A stretch of 64,000 nt of DNA, taken from NCBI GenBank assembly GCA_903917735.1, contig CAIXBR010000093.1:72227-136226 (forward strand), written 5' to 3'. The notes under the pieces were generated by a model that was given only the letters and a program-made list of their open reading frames with translations, had not been told where the DNA came from and ran no database searches. Positions 49,096-57,516 of the stretch are shown here, one piece after another; position 1 is the stretch's first letter, and each line of letters opens with the position of its first letter. Source of the stretch: an uncultured Elusimicrobia bacterium (lineage in GTDB: Bacteria > Elusimicrobiota > Elusimicrobia > Elusimicrobiales > UBA9959). Position numbers and translations under genes: made by a program.

Positions 49096-49623
49096 TTAAC
49101 GATATGCCAGCTGGCAAAGCAGGCCGAGCTGGACTACTCCTGTCAGAAAGCATGCGGCAAGGAAGAGCCGGTGCTTGCGCGTAGCTATACGCGCGCTGAT
49201 AACTATCTGCCCCACTATGTCCTCGTAATAAGGCGTCGCCGTGACGCCTCCGCCGAGATATTTATCAAGGCGGATGACCAGTTCTATCTGGGGATACTTC
49301 GCGATATCATGAGCCGAGATCAGGCAATCTCCGTCATGCCTCTTATCCATACGCGGATCGATAAAAGGGATCTGCCGGACCGCTTCTATTATCGGCGAGA
49401 GAGCAAGAAGGCCTACAGGCAGCACCACCGCCAGCAGCGCCATAGCCGGGTAAGCGAGCGGCCCGCCGGGAACCACTATCTTGATGAGAACCATCTGGCC
49501 AGCGGCGAAAGCCGTGAGGGCGCCCAGCTTTATATCCGTCCATTCCACCGAACGGCGCACTTTCTCGTATATGATCCAGAGCCGCCGTTCCGGTTCCGGG
49601 TTCAGGTGCGAAGACACGCTCAT
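49096..49623 (-). CDS. Hypothetical 3-4 TM membrane protein (possible DUF5706/Pycsar-effector-like; tentative)
   Basis: 175 aa. AGGAGG SD. Topology: a short cytosolic N-terminus, two adjacent TM helices, a soluble segment, and a C-terminal TM. The family resemblance is from memory only. Confidence 0.5.
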   Translation of the reverse strand: MSVSSHLNPEPERRLWIIYEKVRRSVEWTDIKLGALTAFAAGQMVLIKIVVPGGPLAYPAMALLAVVLPVGLLALSPIIEAVRQIPFIDPRMDKRHDGDCLISAHDIAKYPQIELVIRLDKYLGGGVTATPYYEDIVGQIVISARIATRKHRLFLAACFLTGVVQLGLLCQLAYR

Positions 49624-49667
49624 TTCTGCCTCCTGGGATAACCTCGTGATCCTGTACGACCTGGTTT

Positions 49668-49700
49668 ATTATAAATAAAAAGCCCCCGCTGCGGGGGCTT
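49668..49700 (-). terminator. Rho-independent terminator ending the NRPS-like operon
   Basis: Minus strand AGCCCCCG-cag-CGGGGGCT followed by TTTTTATTTAT. Confidence 0.8.
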
Positions 49701-49716
49701 AATACACCATGATGGC

Positions 49717-50500
49717 CTATTTATTCACGGTTTTAGGCGGCGAGGCGAGCGTTACCCGTATCCAGAGAGCGAGGGGCGTCAGATCCTCGTCCTGCTTGAC
49801 TTTGGAGCGCTGGCGCCCGCCCCCGCGGCGCCCGCCGCGCTTCATACTTAGGCCCGTAGAACCCGGATCCGATCCTTCGCCCTGAGAACCACCCTCCTGC
49901 CAGGTGTTGGAAGTCTTTCCAGTATGCGGAGGCGCTTCTCTGACCAGGGACGTTTCTATACCTACGCTGATCTTTTCCGGCAGGACCGCCCCAAAAAAAT
50001 AGGACAAAGGGATCCGCGCCTCTAAGATACCGCGCTGCTGTACCGGCCCGACATCTATCTCCGCGGCTTCGGTATCCGAAGATGCCGTGAAGGCCGCAGT
50101 ATCCAGCCCGACAAGTTCTACCTGCTGGGCCGCCCGTGACCACTGGCTCTCCGGCGCCGGAAGGCGGAAGCCCAAAATTTTCCCTTTCCCCGCGGACGAA
50201 TCGAGCCAGATGGTGAAATTCTGGCCATAAGAGCCGGCCAGTTCGTCTTTCACGGATTTAGTATGCGGGGACAGCATGATGTAAAGATATTTAGGATCGT
50301 TGGCGAAAGCGTAGGCCAGACCGGAATCCTCGTCCCCCTCCCGCAAATGCCATTTTCTGGATACTGCCGTCCAACACGAAAGATTGCCCCGCCCAGCGGC
50401 TGTTGGTTTTAGGGCCCAGCCAGAAGGCGCGGCCCGGCACCGTCAGAAATAAAGCCGCCGCCGATAATATCCCTGCGCGGACTATTCTGTTTTTGTTCAT
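49717..50500 (-). CDS. Secreted protein (CBM9/DOMON-like, tentative), translationally coupled to the NRPS-like gene; frame broken at a C5 run
   Basis: ATG 50500 overlaps the NRPS stop (ATGA). The product starts MNKNRIVRAGILSAAALFLTVPGRA (signal) ...WAGQSFVLDGSIQKMAFAGG and continues in ORF 49717..50346 (DEDSGLAYAFANDPKYLYIML...) if one base of the C5 run at 50334..50338 is removed. Arg/Gly-rich C-terminus. Confidence 0.6.
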
Positions 50501-53500
50501 AAAGCTCCCTGACTTGCGGCCGGGCCCTGCCGGCGCGCCGGTATGCCGTGCCAGCGCGTACCCGAAGCCAGGCTTTCCCCTTTCATAACAAGGGACAGGT
50601 CGCCCAAGGCCGAACCCTCGCCCATTTCCGTATCGTAAAGGACGGTGGACATGGTTCCCACGGCGCAGCGGCTGCCGATGCGCACCCCGCCCATTTTCAT
50701 CACCCTGTCCTCGAAAAGATGGGTCTGTATGTTGGCGTTCTCGTTCAAAGAAACCTCGTCGCCGATCTCTATAAGTTCGAACTCCGTGAACCAGGTGGTG
50801 TCCAGGTAGCACCGTTTGCCGATCTTAACCCCGAAAGCGCGCAGTACCCCGGACAGGAAAGGGGTGCCGCGCAGCAGGTCCAGGAAGAAAAGCACGGCCA
50901 GGTTCTCGTAAACTCCGGTGACCAGTTCGCTGCGCCAGACGAAATCGCACCAGAGCGGCTTTCTGCCGGGAGAATAACGCCCTATCAAAAGTTTTTTCAG
51001 GGCCAGCGTAGCAGCCACGGCTAATATGCCCGCCGCTATATACAGGAACGGCAGCGCGAACAGCCATTCGCGAAGTTCTATATAGTCCTGCAGGATATCG
51101 GTAGCGTTTATTATAGCCGAGGCCAGCACCACGAAGATGGTAGAAGGCAGTATCACCCGGAAAAATTCTATAAACAGGCGCAGCGCTACAAGGCGGCGGG
51201 GCGGGTTATAGGTCTGCAGGTCTGTAAAGCCCTCCGGCTTCTGGCGGGCCGGCAGGTTGAAGGCAGGCGAGCCCAGCCAGGAGGTGCCGTCGGGGACTGG
51301 CGACGGGACGGCCGGCGGCGCCGAAAGCACGCCTATCAGAATATTGCTCCCGAGCGAGGCCCCGGCCGGGATGTAAGCGCTGTTGCCCAGGAAGGTCCGG
51401 TCCCCGACCTTTGTGGACCCTATGGTCAGCCACCCGTCCCTCACTGTGGGCGCGCCCACCGAGGCGTCGTCGGCCATAAAGCATTCCGCGCCGGCCTCCA
51501 GTAGGTCTGGGTGTATGAACCGTATGGTGGAGATCTCGGAACGCGGCCCCAGTTTCGCGCCGAGAGCCTTCAGCCAGGGCGGCAGGTAAAGCGTGGTGTA
51601 GAACGTGCCGATAACTTCCAGGCTGAGGCTCATCAGCTGGTCGAAGAACCACTTGCGGACGTAGAACGAGCGCGCCACCGGATAACGCCCTGCGCGCATG
51701 CGGCCCAGGAAGAGCCATTTTACCGCCCAGACTTCCGCGCACAGAAGCACTACGAAAGACAGCGACACCAGCGGCGCCACAACCATGAACGAAAAGCCCT
51801 CGTCCAGGTGCCCAAGGTGCGTTATCAGCATAAGCCCGGGGAAGATAGCGCCCAATGTTACAAGCGGGAACACGAACACCCCTGCCGTATGAGCAAGGAC
51901 AGAAAGCGCGTTCCACGGCGGGCGCGGCGTTCCCGGCTCCAGCCTGCCCGAAGGCGCCGCCGGCGAACCGCGCCACAGCTCCCCGGCCGGAACGCGCGTT
52001 CCGTCCGGCAGCATGGAGAGGTCGTCAAGTCCGGCGCCGTCCTCTATCACGGCGCGGCTGCCCACAGAGCAGCGATTCCCGACCCAGCAGCCCCGCCCTA
52101 TGGAGATCGGCGCTATTTTAAGCAGGCCGTCCTCTACGGTTACCCCGTCCACCGTAGTGTCCACACCTATACTGGAACCGTCGCCTATGCTGAACGCGTC
52201 GAACGAGGTAAGACCGTGCTCGCCTATAAATACGTCCTTTCCTATCTTCGCGCCCATCAGTCTGTAATAGGCGTTAAGCAGCGGCGTGCCGTCCAGGTAG
52301 GAAACCGGGGCTGCGCGCATGACGGCGCGCACGAACCAGAAGCGCAGGTAATACCAGCCCCAGAGAGGGTGCTCCCCCGGGCGTATACGCCCGAGCAGCA
52401 GCCATTTGAGCGCTATGGAAAATGCAAGCACTACCGGGGCCGTGACAAGGTACACCAAAAGCGCGAACACAAGGGCCTCTTTAACGGGCCAGTCCGCCAC
52501 CACCAGATAGCCGTAGGCGAGGAAAGCGCCAAGCCACTGCCACGCGTACACCCCGGACAGGAAGACTATCGCCAGCGCCTGACCGGCCATACAGGCGCCG
52601 TAAACGGCCCTGGGAACGGAGTGGAACGGCCTGGGCTTTTCATCCGCAGCAGCGCCGCCGGCGGCCAGTGCGGCCAGCTTGGCTGCCGTCGGGTTGGCGT
52701 AAAGATCCGCCACCGAAATACCGCCAAACCCTGGCAAGCGCCTCAGTCTGGAAACGGCCAGCGCCGCCAGCATGGAATGCCCGCCGAGGTTCAGGAAAAA
52801 GTCGTCGTTTATGGAAATGCCGCTGCGCTCCAGCACCTCTTCCCAGACGGAAAGAACCGTGCCCTCGGCGGCGTTGCGCGGGGCTTCCTTCGCCCCCCCT
52901 TCCGCGCGCAGCGGTTCCTTAGGCGCCGGAAGGCGTTTGCGGTCTATCTTTTTCGACTGCGTAAGAGGCAGCGTCCCGACTTCGTCTAGGAAAGCCGGCA
53001 CCATATAGGGCGGAAGCCTGGAGGAAAGGAATTCACTGATGGCCGCGCGGTCCGGCTTCTGTCCCGCGCGGGGCACCACGTAAGCGGCCAGTTGCTGCGT
53101 TTCGCGGTGCAGGGCTACGGCGGCGGCCAGCACGCCCCGGCACTGCATCAGGAGCGACTCTATCTCCGCCAGCTCTATGCGGTACCCGCGCAGCTTTACC
53201 TGTTCGTCGGAGCGGCCGAGATATTCTATTTCTCCGTCGGAGTTGAACCTGCCCAGGTCAGCCGTGCGGTAAAGCCGCTCCGGAGGGCCTCCGAGCTTAT
53301 CGGCCAGCACGAATTTTTCTTTTTGAAGCTCAGGCCGGTTGAGATAGCCGCGCGCTACCCCTTCGCCGCCGATGCAGATCTCCCCCTCCGCTCCCGGGGG
53401 AACGGGTTGCAGGCGCTCGTCCAGCAGGTAAACCCTGTAATTGGCTATCGGGCGGCCTATAGTAACCGGGCGCCCGGGCTCAAGAACCGCAGAAGTTGCG

Positions 53501-54501
53501 ATTACGGTGGCCTCAGTAGGCCCATAGGTATTAAAAACCGTGCGGCCGGTCCGGCACCAGCGCTTCGCTATGTCCGGCGGGCAGGTTTCCCCGCCGAGGA
53601 TAAGCAGCCGCAAGGCCGGGATATCCCCCTCGAGCATCAGAAGGAAGGTCGGCACGCAGGAAAGTACCGTTACGCCAAGGCCTGCCAGTATGGCCGGGAA
53701 CTCGTGGCCGGAGCGCATTATTTCTTTTGTACCGGTCACCAGGGCCGCGCCGTGGAAGAAGGCCATCCAGATCTCCTCCACGGAAGCGTCGAAAGCCACA
53801 GAGGCCACCTGGAAAACGCGATCGTCCCGGTTCACGCCGTAAAGCGCGGATTCGGCGCGGACAAGGTTAGTGGCGTTGCGGTGCTCTATCTGGACGCCCT
53901 TGGGCCTGCCGGTGGTGCCGGAAGTATAGATCAGGTAGCAAAGGTTTTCCCGCGCCGCACCCGTCTCCCCCCGCGGCACACGCGCGGCGGGCATGGCGGC
54001 TATTTCTTCCCGGTCCGAGTCCAGCTTTACCACCTTGACGCCGGCAGGCAGGACATGCTCAAGCAGCGAGGCCATCTCGGACAGGGTAATAAGACATTTC
54101 GCTCCGCAGTCTTCCAATATGAAGGCTATTCGGTCGGCGGGGGTTTCCGGGTCCAGCGGCACATAGGAGGCCCCGGCCTTCAGAACACCCAGGATAGCTG
54201 TGTAGACTTGTTCCGAACGAGGCAGAAAGATCGCTACACGGTCTTCTTTAGCGGCGCCTAGCCGGCGGAGATAGCGGGCAAGCCTGTTGGCGCGCTCATC
54301 CAGCTCGCGGTACGTCAGCCTGGCCCCGCCGCAAAGCACGGCCAGGCGTTCCGGGCCTTTGTCCGCAGAGGTCTCGAACAGTTCGTGCAGCAGCTCGTCC
54401 CGCGCCAGTGAAGGGTCGTATTCCGGCCCGCTCCACGATCCCAGGAGCAGGCCGAACTGTTCGGGGGTTATAGTCGTTTTATTTCCGTCTGGTAATGTCA
54501 T
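50497..54501 (-). CDS. Single-module NRPS-like poly(amino acid) synthetase (Pls/PosA-type: A-T-[TM2-LbH]x3)
   Basis: 1334 aa. A-domain cores LIYTSGTTGRPKG, FDASVEE, NTYGPTE, GEICIGG and YRTADLGR. PCP motif LGGHS(576)ML. Then three repeats of two TM helices + K(W/K)LLxGR + hexapeptide (LbH) domain at about aa 640-850, 865-1085 and 1105-1320. Confidence 0.82.
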   Translation of the reverse strand: MTLPDGNKTTITPEQFGLLLGSWSGPEYDPSLARDELLHELFETSADKGPERLAVLCGGARLTYRELDERANRLARYLRRLGAAKEDRVAIFLPRSEQVYTAILGVLKAGASYVPLDPETPADRIAFILEDCGAKCLITLSEMASLLEHVLPAGVKVVKLDSDREEIAAMPAARVPRGETGAARENLCYLIYTSGTTGRPKGVQIEHRNATNLVRAESALYGVNRDDRVFQVASVAFDASVEEIWMAFFHGAALVTGTKEIMRSGHEFPAILAGLGVTVLSCVPTFLLMLEGDIPALRLLILGGETCPPDIAKRWCRTGRTVFNTYGPTEATVIATSAVLEPGRPVTIGRPIANYRVYLLDERLQPVPPGAEGEICIGGEGVARGYLNRPELQKEKFVLADKLGGPPERLYRTADLGRFNSDGEIEYLGRSDEQVKLRGYRIELAEIESLLMQCRGVLAAAVALHRETQQLAAYVVPRAGQKPDRAAISEFLSSRLPPYMVPAFLDEVGTLPLTQSKKIDRKRLPAPKEPLRAEGGAKEAPRNAAEGTVLSVWEEVLERSGISINDDFFLNLGGHSMLAALAVSRLRRLPGFGGISVADLYANPTAAKLAALAAGGAAADEKPRPFHSVPRAVYGACMAGQALAIVFLSGVYAWQWLGAFLAYGYLVVADWPVKEALVFALLVYLVTAPVVLAFSIALKWLLLGRIRPGEHPLWGWYYLRFWFVRAVMRAAPVSYLDGTPLLNAYYRLMGAKIGKDVFIGEHGLTSFDAFSIGDGSSIGVDTTVDGVTVEDGLLKIAPISIGRGCWVGNRCSVGSRAVIEDGAGLDDLSMLPDGTRVPAGELWRGSPAAPSGRLEPGTPRPPWNALSVLAHTAGVFVFPLVTLGAIFPGLMLITHLGHLDEGFSFMVVAPLVSLSFVVLLCAEVWAVKWLFLGRMRAGRYPVARSFYVRKWFFDQLMSLSLEVIGTFYTTLYLPPWLKALGAKLGPRSEISTIRFIHPDLLEAGAECFMADDASVGAPTVRDGWLTIGSTKVGDRTFLGNSAYIPAGASLGSNILIGVLSAPPAVPSPVPDGTSWLGSPAFNLPARQKPEGFTDLQTYNPPRRLVALRLFIEFFRVILPSTIFVVLASAIINATDILQDYIELREWLFALPFLYIAAGILAVAATLALKKLLIGRYSPGRKPLWCDFVWRSELVTGVYENLAVLFFLDLLRGTPFLSGVLRAFGVKIGKRCYLDTTWFTEFELIEIGDEVSLNENANIQTHLFEDRVMKMGGVRIGSRCAVGTMSTVLYDTEMGEGSALGDLSLVMKGESLASGTRWHGIPARRQGPAASQGAL

Positions 54502-54633
54502 CGTAAAAAAGCGTTCCTGGGCGGCAAATATAAGTTCTCCGCCTTGCGCGGGCAGCGGGCCCGCGACCTGTCAATTATATAACGTATTTATCGGAGTGTT
54601 TATTGCCTACCCGAATTCATCACGGGCTGCTTG

Positions 54634-54666
54634 CCTTTAAAAGGAAGGGCCCCGTGAAGGGGCCTT
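54634..54666 (-). terminator. Putative terminator/attenuator between the Cys-rich gene and the NRPS-like gene
   Basis: Minus strand AGGCCCC-ttcac-GGGGCCC followed by TTCCTTTTAAA. Confidence 0.5.
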
Positions 54667-54691
54667 GCCTCACAACTCTGGTCCCCCCGCC

Positions 54692-55204
54692 CTATTTAAG
54701 GCGCGGCATGTTAGCAGGCGAAGGCTGTATCTCCAGCGGCTCCAGCTTCCTTCCCGACGGCAGAGTAAGCAACCCCTGCGCGGCTACGGGAACGCACAGC
54801 GCGTTGGAATAGGTGGTGTGAACGGTCTGAAAAATGCGCTTCGAAACGCACATATAGCTCCAGCAGGCCTTGGTAGCGGGATCGGCCTGCACGCAGGGAT
54901 ACCAGTCGCAGACCTCGCTGGAATCCGTGTCTGGTTCGTCCGGAACCCCGGCCTTGAAGACGGCCTTTTTGCCGCAGTTGGCCACCCGGGTGCAGCCGGT
55001 TGTATTGGCGTCGATATATTTGCTGGTCTGCGTTTTGCTGCAGGTCCACATTACGCAGTCGCCGTTAGACTGCTGGACGCAATCGAACTGGGTGCAGACC
55101 GTGGTGATGACGGTGGTCGTGGCGATATCCACACAGCCCTGGTTGCAGAACGCCGGGGCCGACGCCGAAACCGCCAGCGCGCAGGCTAAAAATAGTTTCC
55201 TCAT
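54692..55204 (-). CDS. Secreted cysteine-rich protein, unknown function
   Basis: 170 aa. Signal peptide MRKLFLACALAVSASAPA and about 13 Cys in the mature part (CNQGC, TVC, FDC, GDC, WTC...). ATGA overlap with the TPR gene stop. Confidence 0.6.
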   Translation of the reverse strand: MRKLFLACALAVSASAPAFCNQGCVDIATTTVITTVCTQFDCVQQSNGDCVMWTCSKTQTSKYIDANTTGCTRVANCGKKAVFKAGVPDEPDTDSSEVCDWYPCVQADPATKACWSYMCVSKRIFQTVHTTYSNALCVPVAAQGLLTLPSGRKLEPLEIQPSPANMPRLK

Positions 55205-56016
55205 TTCTTCTCCCCTCCGTTTTCGGGCGCCGCGCAGCCTTCAACGGCGAAGCCTCGCTTGCGCAAACCCGCGCAGATGCGGGAAGCGGCCACAGACCGG
55301 GAATATTCCTTGTCGGTATTGAGCTTGAAGAACTGCTCGAGATCTTCGGCGGCGCCGGCGTAGTCGTCTTTCTTGAAATAAGCCACGGCGCGCGAGTGGT
55401 AGAGCGGGGCCACACCCCCGGCTTTTATCGCCCGGGAAAAATCCTCAATCGCCTGGTCGTACTTATGCTGGCTTAGATACAGCTGCCCCCGGTGGCGCAG
55501 CAGCTCGGCCTCCGGTGCTATGGCGATGGCTGCCGTCAGATCCGCCTCCGCCTCGGCTTTTTCTCCGGTGATAACCTCGGCCTGTGCCTTGTAGAAGTAA
55601 GCCTCGGTGGATTTGTATATTTCAAGCTCGCTGGAGAAAATATGCGCCGCTATTTTGGGATGGGAGTAGATCAGTTCGTGTATCTCCGCATCCAACGCCC
55701 CGATCAGAGGGATCGGGGCTCTCTTGTGCAGCATGTTGTGATATTCTATAGAGAGGGTTATGGCTTTTGTCCTGAACTGGCCCGCTTCCTCCGGTGTGGA
55801 GCCGCGCTTTTTGGCAAACTCGTCGTGCAGCTGCGCTTTGAGGTCGCGCACTTTTTCTATCAGGAGCGGGTCGCGCTCGGCGCCGGACGGCTCCGCGATA
55901 GTTTGGGCGGAAGGGGCTACATCTCCGGAGGCCGGCTGCTGCGCGAAAACCCAGACGCCCGCAGCCAGCCAACCGAACAGCGCCGCAAAAACCGCGTATT
56001 TTGTCTTCATGGCCAT
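55201..56016 (-). CDS. TPR repeat protein with N-terminal signal/anchor
   Basis: Start set at MAMKTKYAVFAALFGWLAAGVWVFA. The C-terminal half holds TPR units (AYFYKAQAEV..., RGQLYLSQHKYDQAIEDFSRAI, SRAVAYFKKDDYAGAAEDLEQF). Confidence 0.7.
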   Translation of the reverse strand: MAMKTKYAVFAALFGWLAAGVWVFAQQPASGDVAPSAQTIAEPSGAERDPLLIEKVRDLKAQLHDEFAKKRGSTPEEAGQFRTKAITLSIEYHNMLHKRAPIPLIGALDAEIHELIYSHPKIAAHIFSSELEIYKSTEAYFYKAQAEVITGEKAEAEADLTAAIAIAPEAELLRHRGQLYLSQHKYDQAIEDFSRAIKAGGVAPLYHSRAVAYFKKDDYAGAAEDLEQFFKLNTDKEYSRSVAASRICAGLRKRGFAVEGCAAPENGGEKK

Positions 56017-56077
56017 ATTATATAGCTTTTTACCCGGCTGGCGACACAACCTCCCAGGCCCCAACGACAATCCCCCC

Positions 56078-56101
56078 ATGGTTCTGGGAATGGTTCTGGG
56101 A
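56078..56101 (+). repeat. Perfect tandem duplication of a 12-mer
   Basis: ATGGTTCTGGGA at 56078..56089 and again at 56090..56101, immediately upstream of the first TTGACA box. Confidence 0.9.
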
Positions 56102-56102
56102 A

Positions 56103-56164
56103 TTGACAAATTATAACCAATAAACGATAATTAAATTGACAATATAGGTATAAAGCAAAAGAAT
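56103..56164 (+). promoter_or_regulatory. Two tandem sigma70-like promoters upstream of the amidohydrolase gene
   Basis: P1: TTGACA (56103..56108)-N17-GATAAT (56126..56131). P2: TTGACA (56136..56141)-N17-AAGAAT (56159..56164). Both -35 boxes sit in the repeated context AATTGACAA. Confidence 0.5.
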
Positions 56165-56183
56165 CGCTGGCATTTACAAAACC

Positions 56184-57506
56184 ATGATCTTACTGAAAAA
56201 CCCGGTTATCATAACAATGGACGGCGGCCGCAGCATATTGCGCGGCAGATCTATATTGATCGACGGCGACAAAATAGCCAGGATCGCTGAAGAAAGCGTC
56301 ATACGCAAAAGTTTCGGCCTGCGGCGCTGCAAGGTGATCGACTGCCGCGGCCGCGTGGTTATCCCCGGCCTGATAAATTCCCACACCCACGTGGCGATGT
56401 CGTTCTTCAAAGGCCTGGGCCACGCCGACTGGCAGCACATTTACGAACTGATGTTCCCTATCGAACGCCAGCTCACCGGGAAGGATGTCTACCAGTTAGC
56501 CCGGCTGGGCATCCTTGAAATGATAAAGGGCGGGACCACCTGCTTCGCAGACCACTATTATTTTATCCGCGATATCGCGGCAGCCGCCGAGGAATTCGGC
56601 ATGCGGGCGGTTTTAGGGCATACCCTGATGGACATAAAAGGCCCCCACCGCGGGCCTAAAGAGTTCGCCCAGGCAATGTCTTTTGCCGAAGATTACGCCG
56701 GCAACGGTTTAATAACGCCCTGCCTTGCCCCCCACGCCACGGAAACCGTCTCGCCGCGGTACCTGAAAAAGATCATTGAGACCGCGCAAAAAAAGAACGC
56801 TCTTATCCACATGCACGTGGCCCAGACGGAATCAGAATACAACTATATCCGCAAAACCTATGGCTGCACCCCGGTTAAGTATCTGCTGGATTCGGGCGCG
56901 TTCCAGGGAAAGTTCCTAGGAGCGCACTGCATTTACCTTACGCGGGCGGACGTGCGCATACTGGCCAAGAACAATGTCAGCGTCGCATTCACACCTTCTT
57001 CGGAAATAGTTTTCGAGAAACTCCCCCCCATAAAGGACATGCAGGAATGCGGCGTGAACATCGCCCTGGGAACGGACTGCGTCGGCACCGCGGACCTGAT
57101 GAGCCCGCTGCACGAGATGAAAAAAGCTTTTTACGCTATCGTCCAGGAATATGGGCCGCGCTACCCGGTGCAGCCGATGCAGATGCTTGAGATGTTCACT
57201 ATCAACGCCGCCAAAGCCCTTGGCCTGGACGACCGCATAGGGTCCATAGAAGAGAACAAACTTGCCGACCTGGTGATCCTGAACACCAGCGATCCCGCCT
57301 TCACTCCCATCCACGACATCGCCGCAAACACCGTTTTGTGCGCGCACGACGGCATGATAGAGCACGTTATTATAAACGGGAAGATCATGCTGGCCGACCA
57401 CAAGCTCGCCGCGGTAGACGAGGACGAGGTGATGCGCTCCGCCGTGAACTGCAGCAACAGCCTGATAAACAAACTGCCGCGCAAGTACGCCCACCTGAAA
57501 CAATAA
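56184..57506 (+). CDS. Amidohydrolase, MTA/SAH deaminase (MtaD)-like
   Basis: 440 aa. PGLINSHTHVAMS (HxH metal motif), later HMHVAQT and GTDC. Layout matches chlorohydrolase/MtaD family enzymes. Confidence 0.75.
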   Translation: MILLKNPVIITMDGGRSILRGRSILIDGDKIARIAEESVIRKSFGLRRCKVIDCRGRVVIPGLINSHTHVAMSFFKGLGHADWQHIYELMFPIERQLTGKDVYQLARLGILEMIKGGTTCFADHYYFIRDIAAAAEEFGMRAVLGHTLMDIKGPHRGPKEFAQAMSFAEDYAGNGLITPCLAPHATETVSPRYLKKIIETAQKKNALIHMHVAQTESEYNYIRKTYGCTPVKYLLDSGAFQGKFLGAHCIYLTRADVRILAKNNVSVAFTPSSEIVFEKLPPIKDMQECGVNIALGTDCVGTADLMSPLHEMKKAFYAIVQEYGPRYPVQPMQMLEMFTINAAKALGLDDRIGSIEENKLADLVILNTSDPAFTPIHDIAANTVLCAHDGMIEHVIINGKIMLADHKLAAVDEDEVMRSAVNCSNSLINKLPRKYAHLKQ

Positions 57507-57516
57507 GCCGGTCCGG

